A program made the translations under genes and the position numbers. Under the pieces are notes generated by a model. The model had not been told where the DNA came from, made no database searches, and saw only the letters and a list, made by a program, of their open reading frames with translations. From positions 233,372 to 297,371 of the forward strand of contig CAZELA010000001.1 of NCBI GenBank assembly GCA_964512835.1: a stretch of DNA of 64,000 nucleotides, given 5' to 3'. Source of the DNA: an uncultured Candidatus Saccharibacteria bacterium (lineage in GTDB: Bacteria; Patescibacteriota; Minisyncoccia; Phycocordibacterales; UBA2100). Shown piece by piece: positions 28,197-36,797 of this stretch (its first letter is position 1; the number at the start of each line of letters is the position of its first letter).

Positions 28197-28390
28197 TTGT
28201 CTGTGCGCCCACTAGGATCCTCCCAAGCGCTCGTATTTTGCCGTCGCAAAATACTCCGCTCGGGCCTGGTTTTGCTATCCCATCTGCTGATGGGCCCCAC
28301 GCAAAACCTTTCGAATCCTGACGCTCGCTTCGCTAGCTGTGGGCGCACTTGTAAACAGAAAACGGCCCTAAGGCCGTTTTCTGATTCAAG
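28197..28390 (-). repeat. tRNA-Lys trailer element
   Basis: Terminator AAAACGGCCCTAAGGCCGTTTTC (28359-28382), inverted acceptor copy (28338-28349), hairpin GTATTTTGC-GACG-GCAAAATAC (28233-28254), direct copy GTGCGCCCAC.AGGAT (28203-28217). Confidence 0.6.
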
Positions 28391-28463
28391 TGCGCCCACC
28401 AGGATTCGAACCTGGGACCGTTCGCTTAAGAGGCGACTGCTCTACCAGCTGAGCTATGAGCGC
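28391..28463 (-). tRNA. tRNA-Lys (anticodon CTT), CCA not encoded
   Basis: Manual fold: acceptor GCGCTCA/TGGGCGC, anticodon loop CTCTTAA, T-arm CCAGGTTCGAATCCTGG. Confidence 0.8.
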
Positions 28464-28560
28464 AACGCAGGCACTATACCGTATTTATCGGAAATTTGAA
28501 GGGTGTACCGACGGAGAATTCCGTACAATGCTCGGTATGATCGGTCCTCGGTCCATACGC

Positions 28561-29478
28561 ATGAAGGTTTTGGTTGGGCTGACCGCGCTGGCTCTTTCGG
28601 GTGTTGTGATCGGCTCCCAATACGCATTTGATCGCGCTGCCGAACAGCGAGAGCTTGCCCGATTCCGAAAACTCACGACGACTGCAGCACAAAAGGAGAT
28701 CAGGATAATGACCGAGACAGAGGGGCCCATTGCGGCATGGAAATTCACGAAGCGCGTGTACTTCGACGACCATTCGATCGTTTACGGCAATGCTGACGGA
28801 CATGCTATAGCGCACACGGTAGGTGAGGGGATGTACGATCGGTATGGTCTCGCACAAGCATTGCGTGAATGTGATCACTCGTTCAGCGAAGGGTGTATGC
28901 ACGGCGTCGTGGCACGGATGATCGAGCAGGCGGGATCCGGCTCACCGGCTACGATGGGTTCAATCTGCGCTGCGCAAATTGATCCGAATAGTTGCGCTCA
29001 CGGCTCGGGCCACGGGATCGATGAGGCCGCTGCGAGGGACCTGGGTGTGTCGCTCGATTGGTGTCGTCGGTTTCCCGATGCGATCGCCCCTGACTGTGTC
29101 GAAGGGGTCCTGATGGATAATTCGTGGGATTGGGATCGTGTCAGCATGGAGCGTGATCCGTGGTCGATCTGTGCTCCGCTTGCAAAAGAATTCGACGTAG
29201 CCTGTGCGTCTGCTATCGGAAACTATTTCTCGGAGATGCGGAATGGTTCAGAGGAGCACCTTCGGTACGAGCCGAGCTACATATCTAATGTGTGTGACAT
29301 GGCTCCAACAAAGGATATGAAGGACCGGTGTTTTTTGCGCCTCTCTCAAAGTATCGTACGTAGGGCAAAGGCCGACCCTGCGCAGATGTTTTCGTTGTGC
29401 AGTGAGCTTTCGGCGAACAGGCGCAATACGTGCATCGTGTCGGCGAACGAATTTGTTGATGGTCAGAAGGTGTTTTGA
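28561..29478 (+). CDS. hypothetical secreted cysteine-rich protein
   Basis: Signal/TM MKVLVGLTALALSGVVIG; at least 16 Cys in the mature region; start chosen downstream of the tRNA-Lys overlap. Confidence 0.45.
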   Translation: MKVLVGLTALALSGVVIGSQYAFDRAAEQRELARFRKLTTTAAQKEIRIMTETEGPIAAWKFTKRVYFDDHSIVYGNADGHAIAHTVGEGMYDRYGLAQALRECDHSFSEGCMHGVVARMIEQAGSGSPATMGSICAAQIDPNSCAHGSGHGIDEAAARDLGVSLDWCRRFPDAIAPDCVEGVLMDNSWDWDRVSMERDPWSICAPLAKEFDVACASAIGNYFSEMRNGSEEHLRYEPSYISNVCDMAPTKDMKDRCFLRLSQSIVRRAKADPAQMFSLCSELSANRRNTCIVSANEFVDGQKVF

Positions 29479-29521
29479 GTGTATCCGCGTATCAGGTCTG
29501 TCTACATCCGACTGTCCAAAA

Positions 29522-29550
29522 GAAATTCGCGCGACCCGATTTCGGGTCGC
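29522..29550. terminator. bidirectional terminator
   Basis: CGCGCGACCCGATTTCGGGTCGCGCG. Confidence 0.6.
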
Positions 29551-29579
29551 GCGACGGGCAAGAAGCCACTGTCACGGCA

Positions 29580-29894
29580 TCAGTCGAGCACGCTGCGCAG
29601 GTCACGGATGCGGAGGTCGTACATCTCCATCAGGCACTTGTTGCTCATGCACTGGTCGCGCATCGAGAGCCACTCGCGCTGATTGTCCAACAGCTCCCGG
29701 GCGCCGCGCCGCGCCATATTGTTGCGCAGGCGGTAGTAGTACGCCGACATCGTCGCATCCCGATCGAGCAGCGTCGAATCCGAGCAGATGCGGCGTTCCA
29801 CAGGCCGCTGATCGACCCTGCAGTCGATATTGGCGTGGGCGGCGGTCGTACCGAGCACGAGCATGGCGATGCTGGCCAGCAATACCTTTTGCAT
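29580..29894 (-). CDS. secreted DUF1311 (LprI-like) domain protein
   Basis: Signal peptide MQKVLLASIAMLVLGTTAAHA; CRVD...C....MSAYYYRL...LLDNQREWL..RDQC pattern. Confidence 0.5.
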   Translation of the reverse strand: MQKVLLASIAMLVLGTTAAHANIDCRVDQRPVERRICSDSTLLDRDATMSAYYYRLRNNMARRGARELLDNQREWLSMRDQCMSNKCLMEMYDLRIRDLRSVLD

Positions 29895-30011
29895 AAAGAA
29901 CTCCCTCAATGTTCGCTGTCCCTGTGACAGCGGCGCAGATGCTAACACGCACTTTCGCAAAAAGAAACCGCGCGGCCCGAAAGGGTCGCGCGGCAATGAA
30001 CGGAATGTGTC

Positions 30012-30980
30012 TCAGGCAATGATCAGGTCGGAAAGCGACTTGTCGTGGTGGAGTCGTTGGATCGCGGTGGAAAGCAGCGGTGCGACCGATAGCACAGTCA
30101 GTTTGGTGTTGCCGATCATGCGCGAGCCCGGTTCCAGATTACAGACCGAGTCTGTGGTGATGATTTCCTTGAACGGACCGTTCGCAATCTTTTCCATCGC
30201 GTTGCCGGAGAAAAGCCCGTGGGTTGCAAAGGCGTACAGATCTTTGGCGCCCAAGGACTTCGCTAATTTGCCGTTACTGTCCATGGTGCCGAACGTGTCC
30301 ATGATGTCGTCGACAAAGATGATGTCATAGCCGTCGATATCGCCGACAGCGATCGTCTCATCTTCGGCGATCTCGTTGGCGCCGGATCGCAGCTTCAGAA
30401 AAACGGCGAGCCTGCGTCGTGCAAGATGCTGTGCATATTTTCGCATCCGTGAAACGCCGCCGGCGTCCGGCGACGCCACGCTAAAGTCTTTGCCGGCGAG
30501 CAGCTCCCTGATGTACGGCACGGCGGTCCACGATCCGTAGAGGTGGTCGGTCGTCATGTTCGGCTTGAAGTGCACCACCGTCGGTTCGGAGTGAACATCG
30601 AGCAGGAGTGCGTGATCTGCACCGCAGATCTTGATCTCCTGAATCATATGCCAGGCGCTCACCGGCGTGCGTGATGCCGACTTTCGATCTTGACGGTTAT
30701 AGCCGAGATAGGGAATGACGAGCGTGATCCTTCCTGCCGACGAGTCCCGTGCTGCATCTGCAAGCAGCGTGAGTTCGTCTTTGTTCGAGCTTGGCGGACA
30801 GGTCGGGTTGATGATGAACACGTCCTTGCCGCGCACGTTCTCGAGCAGCTGCACATCGAGCTCGCCGTCCTTGAACGGTTTGAGCTTTCGATTTGAGAGC
30901 GGGATGCTCAGGTTGTTACAGATGGTCGTGGCGAGTCGTTCCGCGGTCGTTCCTGAAAATACACAGATGTCATGAAGCAT
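30012..30980 (-). CDS. prs: ribose-phosphate pyrophosphokinase
   Basis: PRPP-synthetase architecture and PRPP-binding loop DIDGYDIIFVDDIMDTFGT. Confidence 0.85.
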   Translation of the reverse strand: MLHDICVFSGTTAERLATTICNNLSIPLSNRKLKPFKDGELDVQLLENVRGKDVFIINPTCPPSSNKDELTLLADAARDSSAGRITLVIPYLGYNRQDRKSASRTPVSAWHMIQEIKICGADHALLLDVHSEPTVVHFKPNMTTDHLYGSWTAVPYIRELLAGKDFSVASPDAGGVSRMRKYAQHLARRRLAVFLKLRSGANEIAEDETIAVGDIDGYDIIFVDDIMDTFGTMDSNGKLAKSLGAKDLYAFATHGLFSGNAMEKIANGPFKEIITTDSVCNLEPGSRMIGNTKLTVLSVAPLLSTAIQRLHHDKSLSDLIIA

Positions 30981-31140
30981 TCGATAGTCCTCCCGTTTAC
31001 GTTGCCTGTATTGCCGCTAAAAGGCGGCCTGCCATGAGACTACCAACGACCCCTACGCAGTCAACGATACGGGAGCGATTTGTACTATTACGAATACAGA
31101 TCGGTCTCAGGTCAAACAAATAAGAAGCTATACTTTAGCA

Positions 31141-32004
31141 ATGCTCCCGACTACAGGGCTCGTATTCGCGCTTCTGACCGCCGTCTCTGCCTCGGTCTAT
31201 GCGCTTACTGCTCGTTATGTAATACGGGGTGATTCCAACCCGCTCGCGTTTTCAATCTTGTTTACCGTGTGCTCCGCGATCATCTCCTGCGGTCTCTTTT
31301 TTGTGGTGCCGCCGGACTTTTCTTCAGCATCCTGGTCGTATGTGCCGCTTTTAATCTGTGCGGGTATTTTGTACGGCTTGTACGACGCTACACAGTTCTC
31401 GGCTCGCAAACACCTTGAGGCATCAAGTTTTTCTACAATTCTTCAGACTGCGCCTGTAATTGCGTTTATCCTCTCCGTCCTTATTTTGAAGGAGGGGATT
31501 ACCGCCTTGAAACTTGCCGCGGTCGCTCTCATCATCACGGGCAATATCGTTGCGATATACAAATCCCACGGTCGCATAACGCGAACAGGTCTCGCGTTCG
31601 GCCTTACTGTCGCGGCGGTCTCGGGTGTAGCGTACGTCGTCGATAAAGTAACGTTCCCGTACATCCCGTTTCTGCTGTACTCCATCACGGTATATGCTAT
31701 TCCCGCTATAATCGTGTCTTCAATCTATGCGGCAAAAGGTGGCACGGTTGCCTCGGTGCGCGCAGAGTGGCGACAGTTCTCATGGAGGATTCCCGTGATT
31801 TCGCTGCTCGGAGTTACGACATATTACTTTTTGTATCGTGCTTTTCAGGTTGCGGACGCTTCGGTGGTCGTGCCGATTACATCATCATCAACGATACTCA
31901 CGGTCCTTGGTGGCATTTTTCTGCTCGGCGAAAAGGGAAACATGCTGAGGAAAATCATTGGCGCAGTGTTTGTTTTGCTTGGCGTATTGCTGCTCCGGCT
32001 CTAA
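31141..32004 (+). CDS. EamA/DMT family transporter
   Basis: 10 predicted TM helices in two 5-TM halves. Confidence 0.65.
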   Translation: MLPTTGLVFALLTAVSASVYALTARYVIRGDSNPLAFSILFTVCSAIISCGLFFVVPPDFSSASWSYVPLLICAGILYGLYDATQFSARKHLEASSFSTILQTAPVIAFILSVLILKEGITALKLAAVALIITGNIVAIYKSHGRITRTGLAFGLTVAAVSGVAYVVDKVTFPYIPFLLYSITVYAIPAIIVSSIYAAKGGTVASVRAEWRQFSWRIPVISLLGVTTYYFLYRAFQVADASVVVPITSSSTILTVLGGIFLLGEKGNMLRKIIGAVFVLLGVLLLRL

Positions 32005-32009
32005 GTGAC

Positions 32010-32190
32010 GCCACGAGGGGTGTGCACCCGCCCATAACGCCCTTTGTTTAACTGGGCAGACCGTCGCGTGCGACGAGCTGGAATTACGAACACTACAATT
32101 GAGGCCACAGCGGGAGTTGCACCCGCCCATAACGGTTTTGCAGACCGTCGCGTTGCTACTTCGCCATATGGCCAGCGAAAGCTAACGCCG
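32010..32190 (+). repeat. two diverged tandem copies of an about 90-bp unit upstream of tRNA-Leu(TAA)
   Basis: GCACCCGCCCATAACG at 32027 and 32121; GCAGACCGTCGCGT at 32064 and 32143. Confidence 0.6.
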
Positions 32191-32229
32191 TGTACTGTAA
32201 CATAAATCAGCGCTACTATGGTGCGCATT

Positions 32230-32314
32230 GCCGGGGTGATGGAATGGTAGACATAGGGGACTTAAAATCCCCAGGCCGTAAAAGGCCGTGTGGGTTCGAG
32301 TCCCACTCCCGGCA
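32230..32314 (+). tRNA. tRNA-Leu (anticodon TAA), type II, CCA not encoded
   Basis: Manual fold: acceptor GCCGGGG/TCCCGGC, anticodon loop CTTAAAA, long variable arm, T-arm GGTTCGAGTCC. Confidence 0.8.
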
Positions 32315-32345
32315 CAAATGATATAGTCCGAAGAGGAGGTGACAC

Positions 32346-32654
32346 ATGTCAAAGAAGGAAAAAGGTTCCCAAAAGATCGGGAAGCACTACGTTCAAAGCC
32401 GTGGAAAAGCCCGCTCAATGAAGCGTGTACTCCGAGGATCGGGGTATGCGTTCGATTCATTTAACGGCAGGTCAGTCGGCGTGGTGGGCGATGGCAGGGT
32501 CTACGGACCCGTCGCGATCATGAAAGCGAGGGGCCGGATCTCGATTAAGCGAGCCGGTGAACTCTCGACGCAGATCATCAACGAGACGCCCGGCATTACT
32601 CGGGTGATGATCGACATCACACCGAAGCGAAAAAAGAAAAAGCGCCGTTCGTAG
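32346..32654 (+). CDS. hypothetical small basic protein
   Basis: Strong RBS AGAGGAGGTG; 102 aa; Lys-rich C-terminus; stop lies inside the terminator at 32640-32668. Confidence 0.45.
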   Translation: MSKKEKGSQKIGKHYVQSRGKARSMKRVLRGSGYAFDSFNGRSVGVVGDGRVYGPVAIMKARGRISIKRAGELSTQIINETPGITRVMIDITPKRKKKKRRS

Positions 32655-32661
32655 GCGCTTT

Positions 32662-32997
32662 TTACATTTCCGTCGGCTTTCTCGTCAGGTCGTCGATCCG
32701 TTGGCGGTTCTTTTCGCCGTAGTCGATCTCAAAATCCACGTTCGGCAAAAACTTCATTGCGGCATGCTTCTTGATATAGTCGCGGAAATCCGTGCGGCTG
32801 CGACGGGCAAAATGCAGCACCTGCTCTTCGTAGGTTTCGGGTAGGACAGAGAAGAAGATGGTGACGTTCTTAAGGTCCGGCGAGACATCGGCGCGCGTCA
32901 CGGTAATGAGCGCAAGGCGATTCGACTCGCGCGCAAAATAGTCCGCCGCCAAGTGGGCGAGTGTTTCGGAGACCTGTATTTGTCGTTTGCTTCCCAT
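32662..32997 (-). CDS. rbfA: ribosome-binding factor A
   Basis: RbfA KH-like core LAHLAADYFARESN...ITVTRADVSPDLKNVTIFFSV; downstream of infB. Confidence 0.8.
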   Translation of the reverse strand: MGSKRQIQVSETLAHLAADYFARESNRLALITVTRADVSPDLKNVTIFFSVLPETYEEQVLHFARRSRTDFRDYIKKHAAMKFLPNVDFEIDYGEKNRQRIDDLTRKPTEM

Positions 32998-33005
32998 AGC
33001 GATAT

Positions 33006-34496
33006 TTATATCGTCGTGCGTCGGAAGCATTCGAGGATGTCGCCTTCAGCGATCTCGAACTGCGCCTCGATCTGCGTACCGAATTCGTTGCCTTTTTCTA
33101 CACGATCCACGTTGGTCTTTGCCATCTGCATGTTGATGAGCTTTCCTTCGCCCATAACGGTCACATTGCGTCGGATGATGCGGATCGATCCCTTCTTTTC
33201 CAAAAATCCCTCGTAGACAGTACCGCCCACCACGTGTTCGATCTTGCGTGACGAAAATACGCGTAGTACGCGCGCCTTGCCGACGATCTCTTCCACGGTT
33301 CGTTTGGGGCGTGACGCCTGCAACAGCTCTTCAAGATCTTCGGTGAGCTTGTAGATAATCGAATGCATGTCGACGCGCACATCCTGCTGGCGTCCGAGCG
33401 TCTCTGCGATCGGATCAATTCCCACGTTGAATCCGATGATGATCGCCTTGGTGCTGCCGGCGAGTGCGGTCTTCATATCTCCCTCGGACACATTGCCGAT
33501 ACCGCTCTGCACGATCGTAATGCGAGAATGCTCATCGCCCAATCGCGCAATCTCGGAGAGAATTGCTTCGAGCGAGCCGGATGCGTCGGCACGGACTATT
33601 ACCGGCATGTAGTAGCGATCGGCGTTTTCCTCGCGCACAGCTGCGACAGGCTTTGCCTGACCGTTTGCCGCGCGCGCAGCCTCTGCGTCCTTTTTGTTTT
33701 TGTACGTTTTGAACTGTTCGCCCACGGCAGGGAGTTCGTCAAATCCGACGAGCGCAACGGGCGTCGAAAAGGTGGCCGATTTGATCTGCTTTCCCAGATG
33801 ATTCTCCATGATGCGTACGGGCGCGATGGCGCCACCGGCCACGACAGCTGAACCGCTCTCGAGTGTGCCTTCGGTGATGATGAGTGTGGCGGCAATACCG
33901 CGCTTCTGATCGCGATGAGCTTCGATTACGAATCCCGTAGCGGGGACCGACGGATCAGCACTGTAGTTGCCGATCTCTGCGACGAGGAGTACGAGGTCGA
34001 GCAGTTCGTCCACGCCGGTACCCACTTTTGCAGAGATCGCGGCCCACGGCACATCGCCGCCGAGCTTCTCCAGGTATACGCCCTTTTCGAGGAGGGAGCC
34101 CTGTGTGCGCGACATGTCGGCATTGGGTTTGTCGATCTTGTTGATCGCAACGATGAAGGGAATACCCGACTCGCGGATCTGTGCGAGCGCTTCGAGTGTC
34201 TGCGCCTTCACGCCGTCGTCGGCTGCGACGACGAGGATTGCAATATCCGCTACGTTTGCGCCGCGTGCGCGGATGGCGGAAAAAGCAGCATGCCCGGGAG
34301 TGTCGATGAAGGTAATGCGTTTTGATTTGTGTTCAACTTCGTACGCAGCTACATGCTGCGTAATACCACCGGCTTCGCCGGCGACGACGTTGGATTTGCG
34401 AATGAAATCAAGCAGTGTCGACTTACCGTGATCGACGTGACCCATGACCACCACGACGGGCGGACGCTCTTGCGGATTTGATGAAGCTTTTGACAT
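33006..34496 (-). CDS. infB: translation initiation factor IF-2 (short form)
   Basis: G-domain VVVVMGHVDHGKSTLLD, DTPGH, NKID; start at MSKASS. Confidence 0.9.
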   Translation of the reverse strand: MSKASSNPQERPPVVVVMGHVDHGKSTLLDFIRKSNVVAGEAGGITQHVAAYEVEHKSKRITFIDTPGHAAFSAIRARGANVADIAILVVAADDGVKAQTLEALAQIRESGIPFIVAINKIDKPNADMSRTQGSLLEKGVYLEKLGGDVPWAAISAKVGTGVDELLDLVLLVAEIGNYSADPSVPATGFVIEAHRDQKRGIAATLIITEGTLESGSAVVAGGAIAPVRIMENHLGKQIKSATFSTPVALVGFDELPAVGEQFKTYKNKKDAEAARAANGQAKPVAAVREENADRYYMPVIVRADASGSLEAILSEIARLGDEHSRITIVQSGIGNVSEGDMKTALAGSTKAIIIGFNVGIDPIAETLGRQQDVRVDMHSIIYKLTEDLEELLQASRPKRTVEEIVGKARVLRVFSSRKIEHVVGGTVYEGFLEKKGSIRIIRRNVTVMGEGKLINMQMAKTNVDRVEKGNEFGTQIEAQFEIAEGDILECFRRTTI

Positions 34497-34591
34497 AGGT
34501 GGTGTATCGGAGCGTTTGCATACGCGATGCGCAGGATTATATGACAAATATGCCTGATTGTAAAAGAACGAGCCTTCCGTACAATGGCTCA

Positions 34592-35779
34592 ATGCTTGGC
34601 CTGTTCGGCACTTCAAAAAAACGCGTCTATCTCGATTACGCGAGCGCTCCGCCCGTACTCCCTGAGGCGGAGGCTGCCATGCATGCTGCGGCGCGATTTA
34701 CGGGCAATCCCGGGGCGATCCATAGCGAAGGTGTGGCCGCAAAGCATGCACTCGACGAGGCTCGTGAAAGGATCGCGGCGCTCTTCGGCGTGAAAGCGCG
34801 CGAGGTCATATTTACCGGGGGACTGACCGAGGCGAATAATATTTCGATTCTTGGTGCAGCGCGGGCACATGAGCGTAAGCATCGATCACTCTCGGGCACG
34901 CACTGGATCGTGAGCTCGATCGAACACACATCAGTACTCGATTGCTTTGCCGAAATCGAACGACTCGGTGGCGTCGTTACGCATATTGATCCCGACGAGC
35001 GCGGGATTATTGCGGCAGAAAAGATTGCCGCTGCGCTTACAGAGCACACCGTTCTCGTGTCGGTCGGCTGGGCAAACAATGAAATCGGTACTATTCAGCC
35101 GCTCGCCGATATTTCACATGTGATACGAGCATACGAAAAGGAGCATGGTGTCACGATCCTCCTGCATGCCGATGCCGGACAGGCGCCGCTGTATCTCGCT
35201 ACCGGTTTAAATAGTCTTGGTGTTGATTTGTGTGCCATCGGCGGCAATAAGCTCTACGGTCCGCACGGTGTGGGTGTACTGTTCGTCAGTAATCGAGCTG
35301 ATTTGATGCGTACAGTGCATGGCGGTCCGCAGGAGCGCGGGCTCCGGCCCGGCACCGAAAATGTCGCGCTCGCGTGCGGATGCGCCGCGGCATTCGAAGT
35401 GATCGCGCAGAACCGGGAAGCGGAGGCCCGCCGCATCAGGGAGGTTCGAGATGCTCTGTGGCTCGCTATTCAAAAGGAGATCCCGAGTGCGGTCGTGAAC
35501 GGTAATCTGCAGCGTTCGCTGCCGCACATGCTCAATATTTCCATACCGGGGGTCAGTAGCGAGTATGTGACACTTTCGCTTGATCATGCCGGCTTTGCTG
35601 TTTCCACCAAAAGCGCCTGTCGCGAGGGCGAGGAACGTCGCTCACACGTTGTCGAGGCACTACGGGGTGCATCGTGGCAGGCGGAAAACACGTTTCGGTT
35701 CTCTCTTGGTATGGATTCTACGGGCACTGATATTCCCCGGCTCGTCGACGCGCTGAGGGGGATTGTTCACCGCGCGTAA
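34592..35779 (+). CDS. cysteine desulfurase (class V aminotransferase)
   Basis: SSIEHTSVLD, GGNKLYGPHGVGVLFV (PLP-Lys region), SACREG active-site Cys loop. Confidence 0.8.
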   Translation: MLGLFGTSKKRVYLDYASAPPVLPEAEAAMHAAARFTGNPGAIHSEGVAAKHALDEARERIAALFGVKAREVIFTGGLTEANNISILGAARAHERKHRSLSGTHWIVSSIEHTSVLDCFAEIERLGGVVTHIDPDERGIIAAEKIAAALTEHTVLVSVGWANNEIGTIQPLADISHVIRAYEKEHGVTILLHADAGQAPLYLATGLNSLGVDLCAIGGNKLYGPHGVGVLFVSNRADLMRTVHGGPQERGLRPGTENVALACGCAAAFEVIAQNREAEARRIREVRDALWLAIQKEIPSAVVNGNLQRSLPHMLNISIPGVSSEYVTLSLDHAGFAVSTKSACREGEERRSHVVEALRGASWQAENTFRFSLGMDSTGTDIPRLVDALRGIVHRA

Positions 35780-35828
35780 ACACGCAAAACCCTCTGTAAT
35801 TCGTAGCGGCGCGTGATAGGATGCGCGC

Positions 35829-36653
35829 ATGGACATGGAGCATCTCAGTAAATCTCAGATCGTACTCCTCACGCTCCTTGTTAGTTTCGTCACGTCGATT
35901 GCGACCGGCATCGTGACCGTATCGCTTGTCGATCAGGCACCACCAATCATCACGCAAACCGTCGGTCGAGTCGTAGAAAAGACCGTCGAAACGGTCATGC
36001 CGGCGCCCGCCGGTCAGCCGGCCGCCGCTGCAACCACAGTTGTTACAAAGGAGAAGACTGTTGTCGTATCTGAATCAGAACAGATCGCAAAGGCTGTGAG
36101 CAACGTCAGCCCGTCTATCGTGCATATATACACGTCGTCCGAAGAGCCGCTGTTCCTCGGGTTGGGTGTGATCATGGATTCCAGCGGCACGATGCTTATC
36201 GATAATGCCGCGATCGATGATCGGGCAGAGGCGATCGTATCGCTCCCCGACGGAACGCGCGTCCGCGCGTTTGTAGTCGAGCGAGATGCGAAGCGAGGGA
36301 TCGCATACCTGCGAACAAGCACAACGACTGAAGCAGAGGCAAAGAAGCCGATCGTCTGGAAACCGGTATCTATTGCGACGGATAAACCCGTCCTCGGGGC
36401 CACAGTGGTCGCGCTTTCCGGTAAAACAGTCGCCCGCATCGCGAGCGGCCTTGTTGCAGCACTTTTGCAAGGAGACAACGGCTCGATTATCGATACCAAT
36501 ATCGCCGAGAATTCGATCATGGCCGGCTCACCGCTCGTGGACACGAATGGAAACCTGGTCGGTGTAAGTACCGGCGTCTCGCGGTCATCTTCGGAGCAGG
36601 GCTTTATAGCTGCCGCAGAGCTCCTACCTTCACAGAAAACACCCGCTAAGTAG
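35829..36653 (+). CDS. membrane-anchored trypsin-like (HtrA-like) domain protein, catalytic motif degenerate
   Basis: N-terminal TM; AGSPLVDTNGNLVGV in place of the GNSGGPL Ser motif. Confidence 0.45.
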   Translation: MDMEHLSKSQIVLLTLLVSFVTSIATGIVTVSLVDQAPPIITQTVGRVVEKTVETVMPAPAGQPAAAATTVVTKEKTVVVSESEQIAKAVSNVSPSIVHIYTSSEEPLFLGLGVIMDSSGTMLIDNAAIDDRAEAIVSLPDGTRVRAFVVERDAKRGIAYLRTSTTTEAEAKKPIVWKPVSIATDKPVLGATVVALSGKTVARIASGLVAALLQGDNGSIIDTNIAENSIMAGSPLVDTNGNLVGVSTGVSRSSSEQGFIAAAELLPSQKTPAK

Positions 36654-36797
36654 CGCACGCTGCGACCGCAACCTGAGGCCGTGCACTCATCTCGGCAATC
36701 CGAGTTGTGCGCACAGATTTTTGCGTGTAAGAATTAATAGACGGTGTGTGGGTGCGATTTGAGCCGCATACCCGTTTGCGATATACTCTCTATAGAT

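Noticed and set aside
28116-28499. Track ORF 28116..28499(+), 127 aa, and 28181..28399(-)
   Set aside because: They read straight through the tRNA-Lys gene and its structured trailer. They are an artefact of a GC-rich non-coding region.
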